Of a stretch of DNA of 64,000 nt, positions 1 through 9,099 are shown one piece after another. A model generated the notes under the pieces. The model ran no database searches and was not told the origin of the DNA. It saw only the letters and a program-made list of their open reading frames with translations. Every line of letters starts with the position of its first letter. Position 1 is the first letter of the stretch. The stretch comes from an uncultured Lachnospiraceae bacterium (GTDB taxonomy: Bacteria > Bacillota > Clostridia > Lachnospirales > Lachnospiraceae): the NCBI GenBank assembly GCA_900542015.1, contig UQLY01000013.1, forward strand, positions 7,961 through 71,960, read 5' to 3'. The position numbers were made by a program, and so were the translations under genes.

Positions 1-276
1 AGACAGGGAGAATTTGCGGAGAAGTATTTCCGCAAGGGAACGAAGATTGCGGTTTCAGGGCGTATCCAGACCGGAAGCTATACCAACAGGGATGGCGTAA
101 AGGTATATACCACAGAGGTTGTAGTCGAAGATCAGGAATTTGCAGAGAGCAAGGCGAGCCAGTCCGCGAATACGGATAACGGCGGTTTTGTTCCGATGCA
201 GAGCGCAGAACCCGTTGCGGCGGGCGAAGGTTTTATGAATATCCCGGATGGGATTGAAGAATTGCCGTTCAGTTAG
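1..276 (+). CDS. ssb: Single-stranded DNA-binding protein, C-terminal part (5' end cut by window edge)
   Basis: Frame 1 from base 1 translates to ...NIPDGIEELPFS*, the acidic SSB C-terminal tail (D-I/E-E-L-PF). It lies immediately upstream of rpsR, as in the conserved rpsF-ssb-rpsR arrangement. Confidence 0.8.
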   Translation, partial: RQGEFAEKYFRKGTKIAVSGRIQTGSYTNRDGVKVYTTEVVVEDQEFAESKASQSANTDNGGFVPMQSAEPVAAGEGFMNIPDGIEELPFS

Positions 277-303
277 AAAACGAAAAAGAATGGAGGCAAT
301 AGC

Positions 304-567
304 ATGGCTTATAATAAGACAGACAAATCCGATGCTCCTATGAAGAGGAGAGGCGGAATCCGCAGAAGAAAAAAAGTTTGTGTATTCTGTGGCAAAGATA
401 ATGTGATCGATTATAAAGATACGGCGAAATTAAAAAGATATGTATCTGAGAGAGGTAAAATCCTTCCCAGAAGAATCACAGGCAACTGTGCAAAACATCA
501 GAGAGCTTTAACCGTAGCAATCAAACGCGCGCGTCATATCGCTCTGATGCCTTATGTTCAGGACTGA
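304..567 (+). CDS. rpsR: 30S ribosomal protein S18
   Basis: 87-aa ORF ...[60 protein letters not shown], a typical S18 sequence. RBS GGAGG upstream. Confidence 0.95.
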   Translation: MAYNKTDKSDAPMKRRGGIRRRKKVCVFCGKDNVIDYKDTAKLKRYVSERGKILPRRITGNCAKHQRALTVAIKRARHIALMPYVQD

Positions 568-577
568 TTTGAGTAAC

Positions 578-613
578 GACAGCCGGCTGTTCAAAAGAAC
601 AGCCGGTTTTTTA
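578..613 (+). terminator. Rho-independent terminator after rpsR
   Basis: GC-rich hairpin acagccggctgtt...aacagccgg followed by a T-run (ggtttttta). Confidence 0.7.
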
Positions 614-737
614 CTGCCGAAAAATTCTCTTTTTACTCTTTTTCATGATAAAAGCAGTTGGTAAAAATTCTTTTTGATGTTATAATAAACAATATATGGG
701 TTTTAAACCGCAGGTTGTTTTAAAGAGGCAGTTTGAT

Positions 738-2789
738 ATGGATAAGAAATTAAAATTTAAGGGAAGGCTTCGTCTGTATTTCCAGATGCCGGTATGGTTC
801 GGCATTTTGATGGCGATTATGGATGTGCTGATCTATACGATTAACGTAAGCGCAGGCATTGTATTGTCCTGCTTTACTTTGGTTTATTTGGTTTCTTTTC
901 TTATGCTGGAGCATTTCAATCGCCCGGTCATCATGAATGAAATGGTCAGCTTTGCCACTCAATACGGGCAAATACAGAAAAAACTATTGTGGGACCTGGA
1001 GCTTCCCAACGCTTTGCTGGATGAGACTGGGCGGATCATTTGGGCGAACCGCGCATTTTTGCAGATTGCGGGCAAGGAAAAACCGGAGAATAAGCTCATT
1101 ACGACTTTGTTTCCCCTGATTACGCAGGACAGGCTGCCCGGGGCGGAGGCGGACGAGACGGAAGTGGATTTCCAGAAGGGAGACCGGGATTTTCATGCCC
1201 AGTTAAAAAAGATTCCGCTGGCGGAAACGGTAGAGAACAGCGATATTTTCGAGGCGGAAGGGACTTATGACGGATGCCTGATCGCGTTGTATTTATTTGA
1301 TGAAACGGCGTTAAAGATCGCCCTGCGTGAAAACGACAATCAAAGCCTTGCGGTAGGCTTGTTATATATCGACAATTATGAAGAAGCGCTGGACAGCGTG
1401 GAGGAAGTCAGACGTTCCCTGCTGACCGCCTTAATCGAGAGAAAGGTTAATAAATATTTTGCATCTATCGACGGAATTGTCCGCAAGATGGAAAAGGACA
1501 AGTTCTTTTTCATTTTAAGAAAACAGTCTTTGAAGACTTTGCAGGAAAACCGCTTTGATCTGCTTGAGGACGTCAAGACGGTCAATATCGGAAACGAAAT
1601 GTCCGTGACGCTGAGTATCGGCGTAGGCGTCGGCGGACTGACTTATGCACAGAATTATGAGTACGCCCGTACTTCTATTGATCTGGCGCTGGGACGCGGC
1701 GGCGACCAGGCTGTCGTAAAGACCAAGGACGGCGTAAGCTATTACGGAGGAAAGAGCCAGCGGGTGGAAAAGAATACCCGTGTCAAGGCACGCGTCAAGG
1801 CACATGCCTTAAAGGAGATTATTTCCTCCAAGGACCGGGTGCTTGTGATGGGACACCGGATGACCGATGTGGACAGCTTCGGCGCTTCCGTAGGTGTGTA
1901 CCGTATTGCAAAGGCGCTTGGCAGAAGCGCTTATATTGTCATCAACGACGTTTCCTCTTCGATTAAGCCCCTGGTGGATCATTTTACCAGTCATGAAGAT
2001 CCGGAAGAGTTGATTCTGATCAACAATACCCAGGCGATAGAGCTTGCCGGCGCCAACAGTTGTCTCGTGGTCGTGGATGTGAATAAGCCCAGTATTACGG
2101 AATGCCCGGAATTGCTGCGGCAATGCCGTTCCATTGTAGTATTGGATCACCACAGACAGAGCGAGGAAGTCATTGAAAACGCAACGCTGTCCTATATTGA
2201 ATCTTATGCGTCCAGCGCCTGTGAAATGGTTACGGAAGTCATTCAGTATATCGAAAGCGGTTTGAAGTTAAAGAGCGCGGAGGCGGACTGCCTCTATGGG
2301 GGTATCGTGATCGATACGAACAATTTTACAAGCAAAGCTGGCGTCAGAACCTTTGAAGCGGCGGCATATTTGAGGAGAAACGGCGCGGACGTGTCGAGAG
2401 TCAGAAAAATGCTCCGCGACGACGTGGCGGATTACAGAGCAAAGGCTGAGGTCATCAGCAAGGCGTATATATTTAAAGATATTTTTGCAATTTCCGTATG
2501 TGAATCCAAAGAGGCGCAGAATCCTACGATCGTGGGGGCGCAGGCGGCAAACGAGCTGTTGAATATTACGGGGATTAAGGCGAGCTTTGTGCTGACGGAG
2601 TACAATCAGGTCATTTATATCAGCGCACGCAGTATCGACGAAATGAATGTGCAGATCATTATGGAAAAAATGGGAGGCGGCGGTCACCTGAACGTGGCTG
2701 CGACGCAGCTTAAGGATATAACCCTTGAGGAAGCGCAGGAGCGGCTGAAGGAAACTTTGGTCCATATGCTGGAGGAAGGAGAAATATAG
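738..2789 (+). CDS. gdpP: c-di-AMP phosphodiesterase GdpP (TM-PAS-degenerate GGDEF-DHH-DHHA1)
   Basis: Two N-terminal TM helices, a degenerate GGDEF region, a DHH motif (VLDHHR) and a C-terminal DHHA1 with GGGH. Position between rpsR and rplI matches yybT/gdpP synteny. ATG at 738 has RBS AAAGAGG; the ORF track's alternative start at 696 lacks an RBS. Confidence 0.85.
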   Translation: MDKKLKFKGRLRLYFQMPVWFGILMAIMDVLIYTINVSAGIVLSCFTLVYLVSFLMLEHFNRPVIMNEMVSFATQYGQIQKKLLWDLELPNALLDETGRIIWANRAFLQIAGKEKPENKLITTLFPLITQDRLPGAEADETEVDFQKGDRDFHAQLKKIPLAETVENSDIFEAEGTYDGCLIALYLFDETALKIALRENDNQSLAVGLLYIDNYEEALDSVEEVRRSLLTALIERKVNKYFASIDGIVRKMEKDKFFFILRKQSLKTLQENRFDLLEDVKTVNIGNEMSVTLSIGVGVGGLTYAQNYEYARTSIDLALGRGGDQAVVKTKDGVSYYGGKSQRVEKNTRVKARVKAHALKEIISSKDRVLVMGHRMTDVDSFGASVGVYRIAKALGRSAYIVINDVSSSIKPLVDHFTSHEDPEELILINNTQAIELAGANSCLVVVDVNKPSITECPELLRQCRSIVVLDHHRQSEEVIENATLSYIESYASSACEMVTEVIQYIESGLKLKSAEADCLYGGIVIDTNNFTSKAGVRTFEAAAYLRRNGADVSRVRKMLRDDVADYRAKAEVISKAYIFKDIFAISVCESKEAQNPTIVGAQAANELLNITGIKASFVLTEYNQVIYISARSIDEMNVQIIMEKMGGGGHLNVAATQLKDITLEEAQERLKETLVHMLEEGEI

Positions 2790-2790
2790 T

Positions 2791-3237
2791 ATGAAGGTTA
2801 TTTTGTTGGAAGACGTAAAAACCCTTGGGAAAAAGGGAGATATTATCAACGCAAACGACGGCTACGCGAGAAATTACATTTTGCCTAAGAAACTGGGAGT
2901 TGAAGCGACGCCTAAAAATTTAAACGATTTGAAGTTGAAAAAGGCAAACGAGGATAAAGTGGCGGCGCAGCTTTTACAGAATGCAAAGGATTTTGCAAAG
3001 GAACTGGAGGATCAAAGCGTTGTTGTAAAAATGAAAGCGGGAGAAGGCGGAAAGGCTTTCGGATCGGTTTCCACCAAGGAAATTGCCACGGCGTATAAAG
3101 AACAATACAAAAAAGAGTTGGATAAAAAGAAAATTGTACTGCCGGAGGCAATCAAAAATTTTGGCACATATGAAGTAAAGGTAAAATTACATCCGCAGGT
3201 CAGCGGCGTATTAAAGGTAAAAGTAGAAGAGGCTTAG
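2791..3237 (+). CDS. rplI: 50S ribosomal protein L9
   Basis: 148-aa ORF MKVILLEDVKTLGKKGDIINANDGYARNYILPKKL..., a typical L9 N-terminus. Located between gdpP and dnaB. Confidence 0.95.
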   Translation: MKVILLEDVKTLGKKGDIINANDGYARNYILPKKLGVEATPKNLNDLKLKKANEDKVAAQLLQNAKDFAKELEDQSVVVKMKAGEGGKAFGSVSTKEIATAYKEQYKKELDKKKIVLPEAIKNFGTYEVKVKLHPQVSGVLKVKVEEA

Positions 3238-3238
3238 G

Positions 3239-4600
3239 ATGGCAGCAGAGGAACAGGTAATCAAAAGAATAATGCCCCATAGCGTAGAGGCGGAGCAGTC
3301 TGTCATCGGCTCCATGATGATCGACCGGGATGCGATTATTACGGCGTCGGAAATGCTTGTGGCGGAGGATTTCTACGGTAAGCAGTTCGGGACGCTTTTT
3401 GAGGCGATTGTGGAGCTTCAGGAGAGCGACGGAGTTGTGGACATTGTGACGCTTCAGGATAAGCTGAATGAAAAAGGCGTTCCCATGGAGATTAACAATG
3501 TGGAATATCTGGGAAATTTGATTACGGCAGTCCCGACCTCTGCAAATATTAAACAGTACTGCCAGATTGTTTCGGAGAAGTCTTTGCTGCGGAAATTGAT
3601 ACGGCTCAACGAGGATATCGCCAATGCCTGTTATATGGGCAGAGAAGATACGGACGTTATCCTGGAAGAAACGGAGAAAAAGATTTTTTCTCTGGTACAA
3701 AAGAGAAATACGAGGGACTACATACCGATCCGGGACATTGTCATGGAGGCAATGAATAAGATCGAAAAGGCGTCTCAGGCGGGAGGCGCGGTTACGGGTA
3801 TTCCCACGGGCTTTTTGGATCTGGATTATAAGCTTGCGGGGCTGCAGCCCTCGGATCTGGTGCTTGTGGCGGCGAGACCCTCCATGGGTAAAACGGCTTT
3901 TGTATTGAATATCGCCCAGCACGTGGCGTTTAAACAGAATTTGACGGTAGCGATTTTCAGCCTGGAAATGTCGGAAGTGCAGTTGGTAAACCGTCTGTTT
4001 TCTTTGGAATCCAATGTCAATTCGGGAAATATCAGAACCGGTAATCTGTCTGACGACGATTGGGATAAGCTGATTGAGACGGCGGGAGTTGTGGGCAATT
4101 CCAACCTGATTATCGACGCGACGCCGGGAATCAGTATTTCGGAGCTGCGGAGTAAGTGCAGAAAATATAAGATGGAAAAAGACCTGAAACTGATCATTAT
4201 CGACTACCTGCAGTTGATGAGCGGAAGCGGGCGTTCGGCGGCGGAGTCCAGGCAGCAGGAGATTTCGGAGATTTCCCGTTCCTTAAAGGCGCTTGCGAGG
4301 GAGCTAAACGTGCCGGTAATTGCCTTGTCGCAGTTGAGCCGTGCCGTGGAACAGAGACCGGATAAAAGACCGATGCTGTCGGATCTGCGTGAGTCCGGAG
4401 CCATTGAGCAGGACGCCGACGTGGTCATGTTTATTTACAGGGACGATTATTATAATAAAGATACGCAGGAAATGGGCGTTGCGGAGATCAATATCGCAAA
4501 GCAGAGAAACGGTCCCATTGGCGTCGTTAAGCTTGCATGGCTGCCGGATTATACTAAGTTTGCAAACCTGGAGCGCCAGAGCGGGCATTATGACTCGTGA
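3239..4600 (+). CDS. dnaB: Replicative DNA helicase (DnaB family)
   Basis: 453-aa ORF with an N-terminal DnaB domain and a Walker A motif (ARPSMGKTAF). The RecA-like C-terminal domain includes IIDYLQLM and LSQLSRAVEQR. Confidence 0.95.
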   Translation: MAAEEQVIKRIMPHSVEAEQSVIGSMMIDRDAIITASEMLVAEDFYGKQFGTLFEAIVELQESDGVVDIVTLQDKLNEKGVPMEINNVEYLGNLITAVPTSANIKQYCQIVSEKSLLRKLIRLNEDIANACYMGREDTDVILEETEKKIFSLVQKRNTRDYIPIRDIVMEAMNKIEKASQAGGAVTGIPTGFLDLDYKLAGLQPSDLVLVAARPSMGKTAFVLNIAQHVAFKQNLTVAIFSLEMSEVQLVNRLFSLESNVNSGNIRTGNLSDDDWDKLIETAGVVGNSNLIIDATPGISISELRSKCRKYKMEKDLKLIIIDYLQLMSGSGRSAAESRQQEISEISRSLKALARELNVPVIALSQLSRAVEQRPDKRPMLSDLRESGAIEQDADVVMFIYRDDYYNKDTQEMGVAEINIAKQRNGPIGVVKLAWLPDYTKFANLERQSGHYDS

Positions 4601-4639
4601 GAACCATAACTTGACAGAAAAACTGAAAAAGACTAAAAA

Positions 4640-4672
4640 GGGCTGCACATGAAAGGAATTTCATGTGCAGCC
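4640..4672. terminator. Bidirectional hairpin terminator between dnaB and the ferredoxin gene
   Basis: Perfect hairpin gggctgcacatgaaa-ggaa-tttcatgtgcagcc, flanked by an A-run on one side and a T-run on the other. It sits between convergent genes. Confidence 0.7.
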
Positions 4673-4687
4673 TTTATGGTTGATTGA

Positions 4688-4858
4688 TTATTCTGCAGCG
4701 ATTGCACCTGTAGGGCACTGTCCTGCACAAGTACCGCAATCGATACATTTTTCGGGATCGATTTCAAATTTACCGTCTCCCATGCTGATTGCTCCAACAG
4801 GGCAAGCAGCTTCACATGCGCCACATGCTACACAAGCGTCACCAATTTTGAATGCCAT
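4688..4858 (-). CDS. 2x[4Fe-4S] ferredoxin (56 aa); absent from the supplied ORF track because it is under 60 aa
   Basis: Reverse-strand translation MAFKIGDACVACGACEAACPVGAISMGDGKFEIDPEKCIDCGTCAGQCPTGAIAAE* carries two CxxCxxCxxxCP motifs. Confidence 0.85.
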   Translation of the reverse strand: MAFKIGDACVACGACEAACPVGAISMGDGKFEIDPEKCIDCGTCAGQCPTGAIAAE

Positions 4859-5014
4859 AATAATATCCTCCTTAAAGTTGTAAAATTTGATAAAATATTA
4901 TCAATCCATACTGTTATTCTAATACAAATGTATGGAGAAAACAAGTAGCAAATAATAGAAAATTGCCCTATTCCGGCAACGATCCCTGCGCTGTTTTCCC
5001 CAAAAACGGGCGGG

Positions 5015-5785
5015 CTAATTGTGGTGCGTAATGCCCAGCTCCGCGCGGCGTTTCCGGATGCCGTTTAAGATATATTCCTTCTTTTCGGGGATCAGTTTCT
5101 TGTCCATCGGAGGAACATCCTTTAAGACATAATCGATGCCCAGTTCTTTGTATTTTTTCTTTGCCATATCGTGATACGGCAATACGTCGAGAGCCTTCAG
5201 ATTGGTAAACTGACCGATGAAATAGCCCAGCTTATATAAAGACTCCTCATCGTCGGTTATCCCCGGAACAACGACGTGCCTGATCCACATATCCACCTTC
5301 TTTTCGTTCAGATAAGCGGCAAAGGCAAGAATACCGTCGTTGGGCTGTTGCGTGAGCTTTTTATGCTTTTCGGGATCGATATGCTTGATATCGAGCATGA
5401 CGAGATCGGTAATCTCCATCAGCTTATCCAGTTTTTTGTTATATTCGGTATTATCCGGTTTATAAGCGATGCCGGAGGAGTCAATACAGGTATGGATACC
5501 GCGCTCTTTGCAAAGCGTGAACAATTCCAGCAGAAAATCAATCTGCATCAGAGGCTCGCCGCCTGTGACGGTAATACCGCCGCCGTTTGCATAAAATGCC
5601 TTATTGCGTTCATATTGTTCAATGATTTTGGATGCTTCCATAATTGTACCGCCTGTCATAGGCCAGGTGTCGGGATTATGGCAGTAAGCGCATCGCATTG
5701 GACAGCCCTGTACGAATACTACGAAACGTGTTCCGGGACCGTCCACCGTACCAAAACTTTCTAAAGAATGAATTCTTCCACTCAT
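5015..5785 (-). CDS. pflA: Pyruvate formate-lyase activating enzyme (radical SAM)
   Basis: 256-aa ORF with the CxxxCxxC radical-SAM motif (GCPMRCAYCHN) and the typical PflA N-terminus (IHSxESFGTVDGPGTRFVVF). A TATAAT (gtgttataatga) lies upstream. Confidence 0.95.
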   Translation of the reverse strand: MSGRIHSLESFGTVDGPGTRFVVFVQGCPMRCAYCHNPDTWPMTGGTIMEASKIIEQYERNKAFYANGGGITVTGGEPLMQIDFLLELFTLCKERGIHTCIDSSGIAYKPDNTEYNKKLDKLMEITDLVMLDIKHIDPEKHKKLTQQPNDGILAFAAYLNEKKVDMWIRHVVVPGITDDEESLYKLGYFIGQFTNLKALDVLPYHDMAKKKYKELGIDYVLKDVPPMDKKLIPEKKEYILNGIRKRRAELGITHHN

Positions 5786-5885
5786 ATACCGTCCTCTTTT
5801 CTTTTTTACTGAGTCAGCTGCCGTTTGCGATGAACCGGCGGCTTGCGTTCCCCTTACTAACGCTCATTATAACACAGGTAAAGGG

Positions 5886-5920
5886 AAAGAAAAAGCCTTC
5901 CGGCAAAACCGGAAGGCTTT
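5886..5920 (-). terminator. Rho-independent terminator downstream of the stand-alone glycyl-radical-domain ORF
   Basis: On the minus strand: AAAGCCUUCCGG-uuuug-CCGGAAGGCUUUUUCUUUCC. Confidence 0.7.
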
Positions 5921-5939
5921 GAAACATACCCAAATCGGA

Positions 5940-6182
5940 TTAGATGGATTCGTGGAATGTTCTGCTGATAACGTCTGCCTGCTGTTCAGGTGTTAATTTA
6001 ATGAAGTTTACAGCGTAACCGGACACACGGATTGTCAACTGAGGATATTTTTCAGGATTTTTCTGAGCATCCAGTAAAGTCTCTCTGTTTAATACGTTTA
6101 CGTTTAAGTGATGTCCGCCTTTTGTAGCATAACCGTCTAATAAGTTTACTAAGTTATTAACCTGAGCTGTATTTTCTGCCAT
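5940..6182 (-). CDS. Stand-alone glycyl-radical domain protein (GrcA/YfiD-like, equivalent to the PFL C-terminal ~75 aa)
   Basis: 80-aa ORF ...[59 protein letters not shown]. It contains the RVSGY glycine-radical motif and aligns with the PflB C-terminus. It has its own strong RBS (AGGAGGT, 8 nt from the ATG). Confidence 0.85.
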   Translation of the reverse strand: MAENTAQVNNLVNLLDGYATKGGHHLNVNVLNRETLLDAQKNPEKYPQLTIRVSGYAVNFIKLTPEQQADVISRTFHESI

Positions 6183-6252
6183 GATATATTACCTCCTATT
6201 AAAATATATGGGGGATGTACATGGGGCATCCCCCGTGTGAATCTTGTTTTGC

Positions 6253-6456
6253 TTATTCGTTGCCGTCTAAGCCTTCGTGAAGGGTAGGAACGCTGCATGC
6301 AAAAGGATTTTTGGAACACTCGGTGCATCCCATAGTCTCTACGCTTTTAGACCCTTCTGCCTTTTCATCAATGTCAACATTTACATGACCGATATTGTTA
6401 GCCATGCCATTATCAAGCTGTTTGATCAGGTCTTCAATCATTGCATTTTCGTCCAT
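6253..6456 (-). CDS. Degenerate glycyl-radical-domain paralogue (67 aa from the ATG; lacks RVSGY)
   Basis: MDENAMIEDLIKQLDNGMANNIGHVNVDI... aligns with the start of the stand-alone domain ([30 protein letters not shown]) and then diverges, losing the radical glycine. It is in the same frame as the pflB body, separated by a single TAA. RBS AGAAAGGTG before the ATG; the ORF track's TTG start is at 6474. Confidence 0.45.
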   Translation of the reverse strand: MDENAMIEDLIKQLDNGMANNIGHVNVDIDEKAEGSKSVETMGCTECSKNPFACSVPTLHEGLDGNE

Positions 6457-6483
6457 AGCTTTCACCTTTCTCAATGTTAAGAA

Positions 6484-8523
6484 TTATTTGTTTAAGTCGA
6501 TCTCGATGTCGCCTGCAAATACCTGATCCTCTTTACCAAGAGCTCCGGGGATGATGGTGAAGGTATTGGAGATACCGTCCTGAGCATCATTGAAAGGAAG
6601 CTTGGATACAGAAGATAAGGAAGCTACTGCACCATGAGTATCACGTCCGTGCATCGGGTTAGCACCGGGAGCGAAAGGCTGACCTTTTCTACGTCCGTCA
6701 GGTGTGTTACCTGTTGCTTTACCATAAGTTACGTTAGAAGTAATGGTAAGGATGGATGTTGTAGGAACACCGTTTCTGTAGGTATGATGTCTTCTGATCG
6801 CTGTCATGAACTTGTGTACGATATCCTGAGCGATTTCGTCTACGCGGTCATCATCATTACCGTATTTAGGGAAGTCTCCGGTTGTCTTGAAGTCAACGAT
6901 AATGCCGTCTTCGTCACGGATAACTTCAACTTTTGCATATTTGATAGCAGATAAGGAGTCAGCTACGATGGACAGACCTGCAACACCTGTTGCAAAGTAA
7001 CGTTTTACGTCTCTGTCATGTAAAGCCATCTGAGCTCTTTCATAGCAGTATTTATCGTGCATATAGTGGATGATGTTCAGAGTATTTACATATACGTCTG
7101 CCTGCCATTCCATCATATCCATGAATTTATCCATTACGTCGTCATAATCAAGTACGTCGCCGGTAACAGGACGGTATTTGGGACCAACCTGTTTCTTGGT
7201 AACTTCGTCGATACCGCCGTTCAAAGCGTACAGTAAGCATTTCGCTAAGTTAGCACGAGCTCCGAAGAACTGCATTTCTTTACCGATTACCATGGAGGAT
7301 ACGCAGCATGCGATACCGTAGTCATCGCCATGAGTTACTCTCATCAGGTCATCGTTTTCGTACTGGATGGAAGAAGTCTTAATGGACATCTTCGCACAGA
7401 ATTTCTTCCAGCCTTCCGGTAATCTTGTGGACCAGAGAACCGTTAAGTTGGGTTCAGGAGAAGGTCCTAAGTTGTTTAATGTATTTAAGTAACGGAAGGA
7501 CATCTTTGTTACTAACGGACGTCCGTCTACGCCGACACCGCCGAGGGACTCTGTAACCCATACAGGATCGCCTGCGAAGATCTGGTTGTATTCAGGTGTA
7601 CGAGCGAATTTAACGCAACGCAATTTCATGATGAAGTGGTCAACAAATTCCTGAATCTGTTCTTCTGTGAAAGTACCGTTCTTTAAGTCTCTCTCAGCAT
7701 AGCAGTCAAGGAATGTGGATGTACGTCCGAGGGACATAGCAGCACCGTTCTGCTCTTTTACCGCGCATAAATATCCGAAGTAAGTCCACTGGATAGCTTC
7801 CTGTACGTTGGAAGCGGGTTTGGAAATATCGCAGCCGTAAGAAGCAGCCATTTCCTTCATCATCTTCAGTGCTGTCATCTGTTCGGAAAGCTCTTCACGA
7901 AGACGGATAACGTCATCTGTCATAACGCGTCCTGTGGAAGCCTTCTGTGCTTCTTTGTCCTCGATCAGTCTGTCGATACCGTATAATGCAACACGTCTGT
8001 AGTCGCCGATGATACGTCCGCGTCCGTAAGCATCCGGAAGACCGGTAATGATATGAGAGGAACGACATGCTCTCATTTCAGGGTTGTAAGCATCGAAACA
8101 ACCAGCGTTGTGTGTTTTTCTGTGGGTGGAGAAGAACTCGGAGATTTCGGGATCTACTGTGTAGCCGTTATCTGTACAAGCTTTCTCTGCCATACGGATA
8201 CCGCCGTAAGGCTGCATGGAGCGTTTGAAAGGTTTGTCTGTCTGGAAGCCTACGATAGTCTCTTTGCTCTTATCGAGGTATCCGGGACCGTGGGAAGTGA
8301 TAGTGGAAACAACTTTGGTATCCATATCCAGTACCCCGCCTGCTTCACGTTCCTTTTTCTGTAAGTCAAGCACCATGTTCCATAAATCTTTGGTGTTCTG
8401 TGTAGGTCCTGCCAAGAAGCTCTCGTCTCCTTCGTAAGGAGTGTAGTTTCTCTGGATGAAGTCGCGAACATTGACTTCTTTGTCCCATTTGCCGCCTACA
8501 AAATCTGTCCATTCTGGTCTCAT
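6484..8523 (-). CDS. pflB: Pyruvate formate-lyase catalytic body (residues ~1-680 of PflB), lacking the glycyl-radical C-terminus
   Basis: 679-aa ORF with the PFL active-site CC (GIACCVSSM) and global similarity to E. coli PflB up to ...ALGKED, after which it reads [13 protein letters not shown] and stops. Confidence 0.9.
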   Translation of the reverse strand: MRPEWTDFVGGKWDKEVNVRDFIQRNYTPYEGDESFLAGPTQNTKDLWNMVLDLQKKEREAGGVLDMDTKVVSTITSHGPGYLDKSKETIVGFQTDKPFKRSMQPYGGIRMAEKACTDNGYTVDPEISEFFSTHRKTHNAGCFDAYNPEMRACRSSHIITGLPDAYGRGRIIGDYRRVALYGIDRLIEDKEAQKASTGRVMTDDVIRLREELSEQMTALKMMKEMAASYGCDISKPASNVQEAIQWTYFGYLCAVKEQNGAAMSLGRTSTFLDCYAERDLKNGTFTEEQIQEFVDHFIMKLRCVKFARTPEYNQIFAGDPVWVTESLGGVGVDGRPLVTKMSFRYLNTLNNLGPSPEPNLTVLWSTRLPEGWKKFCAKMSIKTSSIQYENDDLMRVTHGDDYGIACCVSSMVIGKEMQFFGARANLAKCLLYALNGGIDEVTKKQVGPKYRPVTGDVLDYDDVMDKFMDMMEWQADVYVNTLNIIHYMHDKYCYERAQMALHDRDVKRYFATGVAGLSIVADSLSAIKYAKVEVIRDEDGIIVDFKTTGDFPKYGNDDDRVDEIAQDIVHKFMTAIRRHHTYRNGVPTTSILTITSNVTYGKATGNTPDGRRKGQPFAPGANPMHGRDTHGAVASLSSVSKLPFNDAQDGISNTFTIIPGALGKEDQVFAGDIEIDLNK

Positions 8524-8813
8524 TTTGAAATAGCCTCCTATAAAAATATAATTTTTTTGAACGGAATTTAACCGTTAAGTCACGCATAAAAACTATGCTC
8601 ATCCCATGCCTTAATTATAGGTTAAAAGAAGTGGCTGCGTCAAGACAAGGGTTGTACTTTTTTATATACAAACCGCTGTAAAATCAAAAGAAATTTATAA
8701 AAATTTACTAAACTTTTAAAAGACGGAGCGAACGTTTCAAAATGGAATATTGATAAAAACACAAGAAGGGGTTATACTATCAAAAAACAATACAAAATAA
8801 GGAGGTCACAGAC

Positions 8814-9005
8814 ATGACAGGAATCACGAAGGACATGACAATCGGAGAGATTATCAGAATAAATGCAGATGTTATTCCCGTGCTGATCAACGCAGGTATG
8901 CACTGTGTGGGATGCCCCTCCGCCCAGGGAGAAACTTTGGAAGAGGCGGCTATGGTACACGGGATGGACGTAGATGATTTGATGACTAAGATTCAGGCAT
9001 TATAA
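8814..9005 (+). CDS. DUF1858 / hybrid-cluster-protein-associated redox disulfide protein (small)
   Basis: 63-aa ORF with MTIGEIIR...[19 protein letters not shown], typical of this family. RBS AAGGAGG. Confidence 0.7.
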   Translation: MTGITKDMTIGEIIRINADVIPVLINAGMHCVGCPSAQGETLEEAAMVHGMDVDDLMTKIQAL

Positions 9006-9099
9006 TCGGTGCACGGATCAGGTGCAAAACATAAAGGTTAAGAACCGGCGTTTGGCAGGAAAGAAGCCAGACGCCGGTTTTTTGCCCTTTTGCTATCCG

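Noticed and set aside
696-737. Upstream ATG (696) as the gdpP start
   Set aside because: There is no Shine-Dalgarno sequence before 696, whereas ATG 738 is preceded by AAAGAGG at appropriate spacing and begins directly at the conserved TM region.
3200-3922. 240-aa minus-strand ORF overlapping dnaB and rplI
   Set aside because: It is antisense to two well-supported genes and has no homology features. Other short antisense ORFs in the track inside atpA, atpD, pflB, murC and prs were rejected for the same reason.
6484-6490. Intein or intron as the explanation for the interruption of pflB
   Set aside because: The intervening segment is only ~300 bp. It encodes a recognisable degenerate paralogue of the glycyl-radical domain rather than an intein or HNH module. 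It has no group I or II intron hallmarks, and is separated by an ordinary in-frame TAA.
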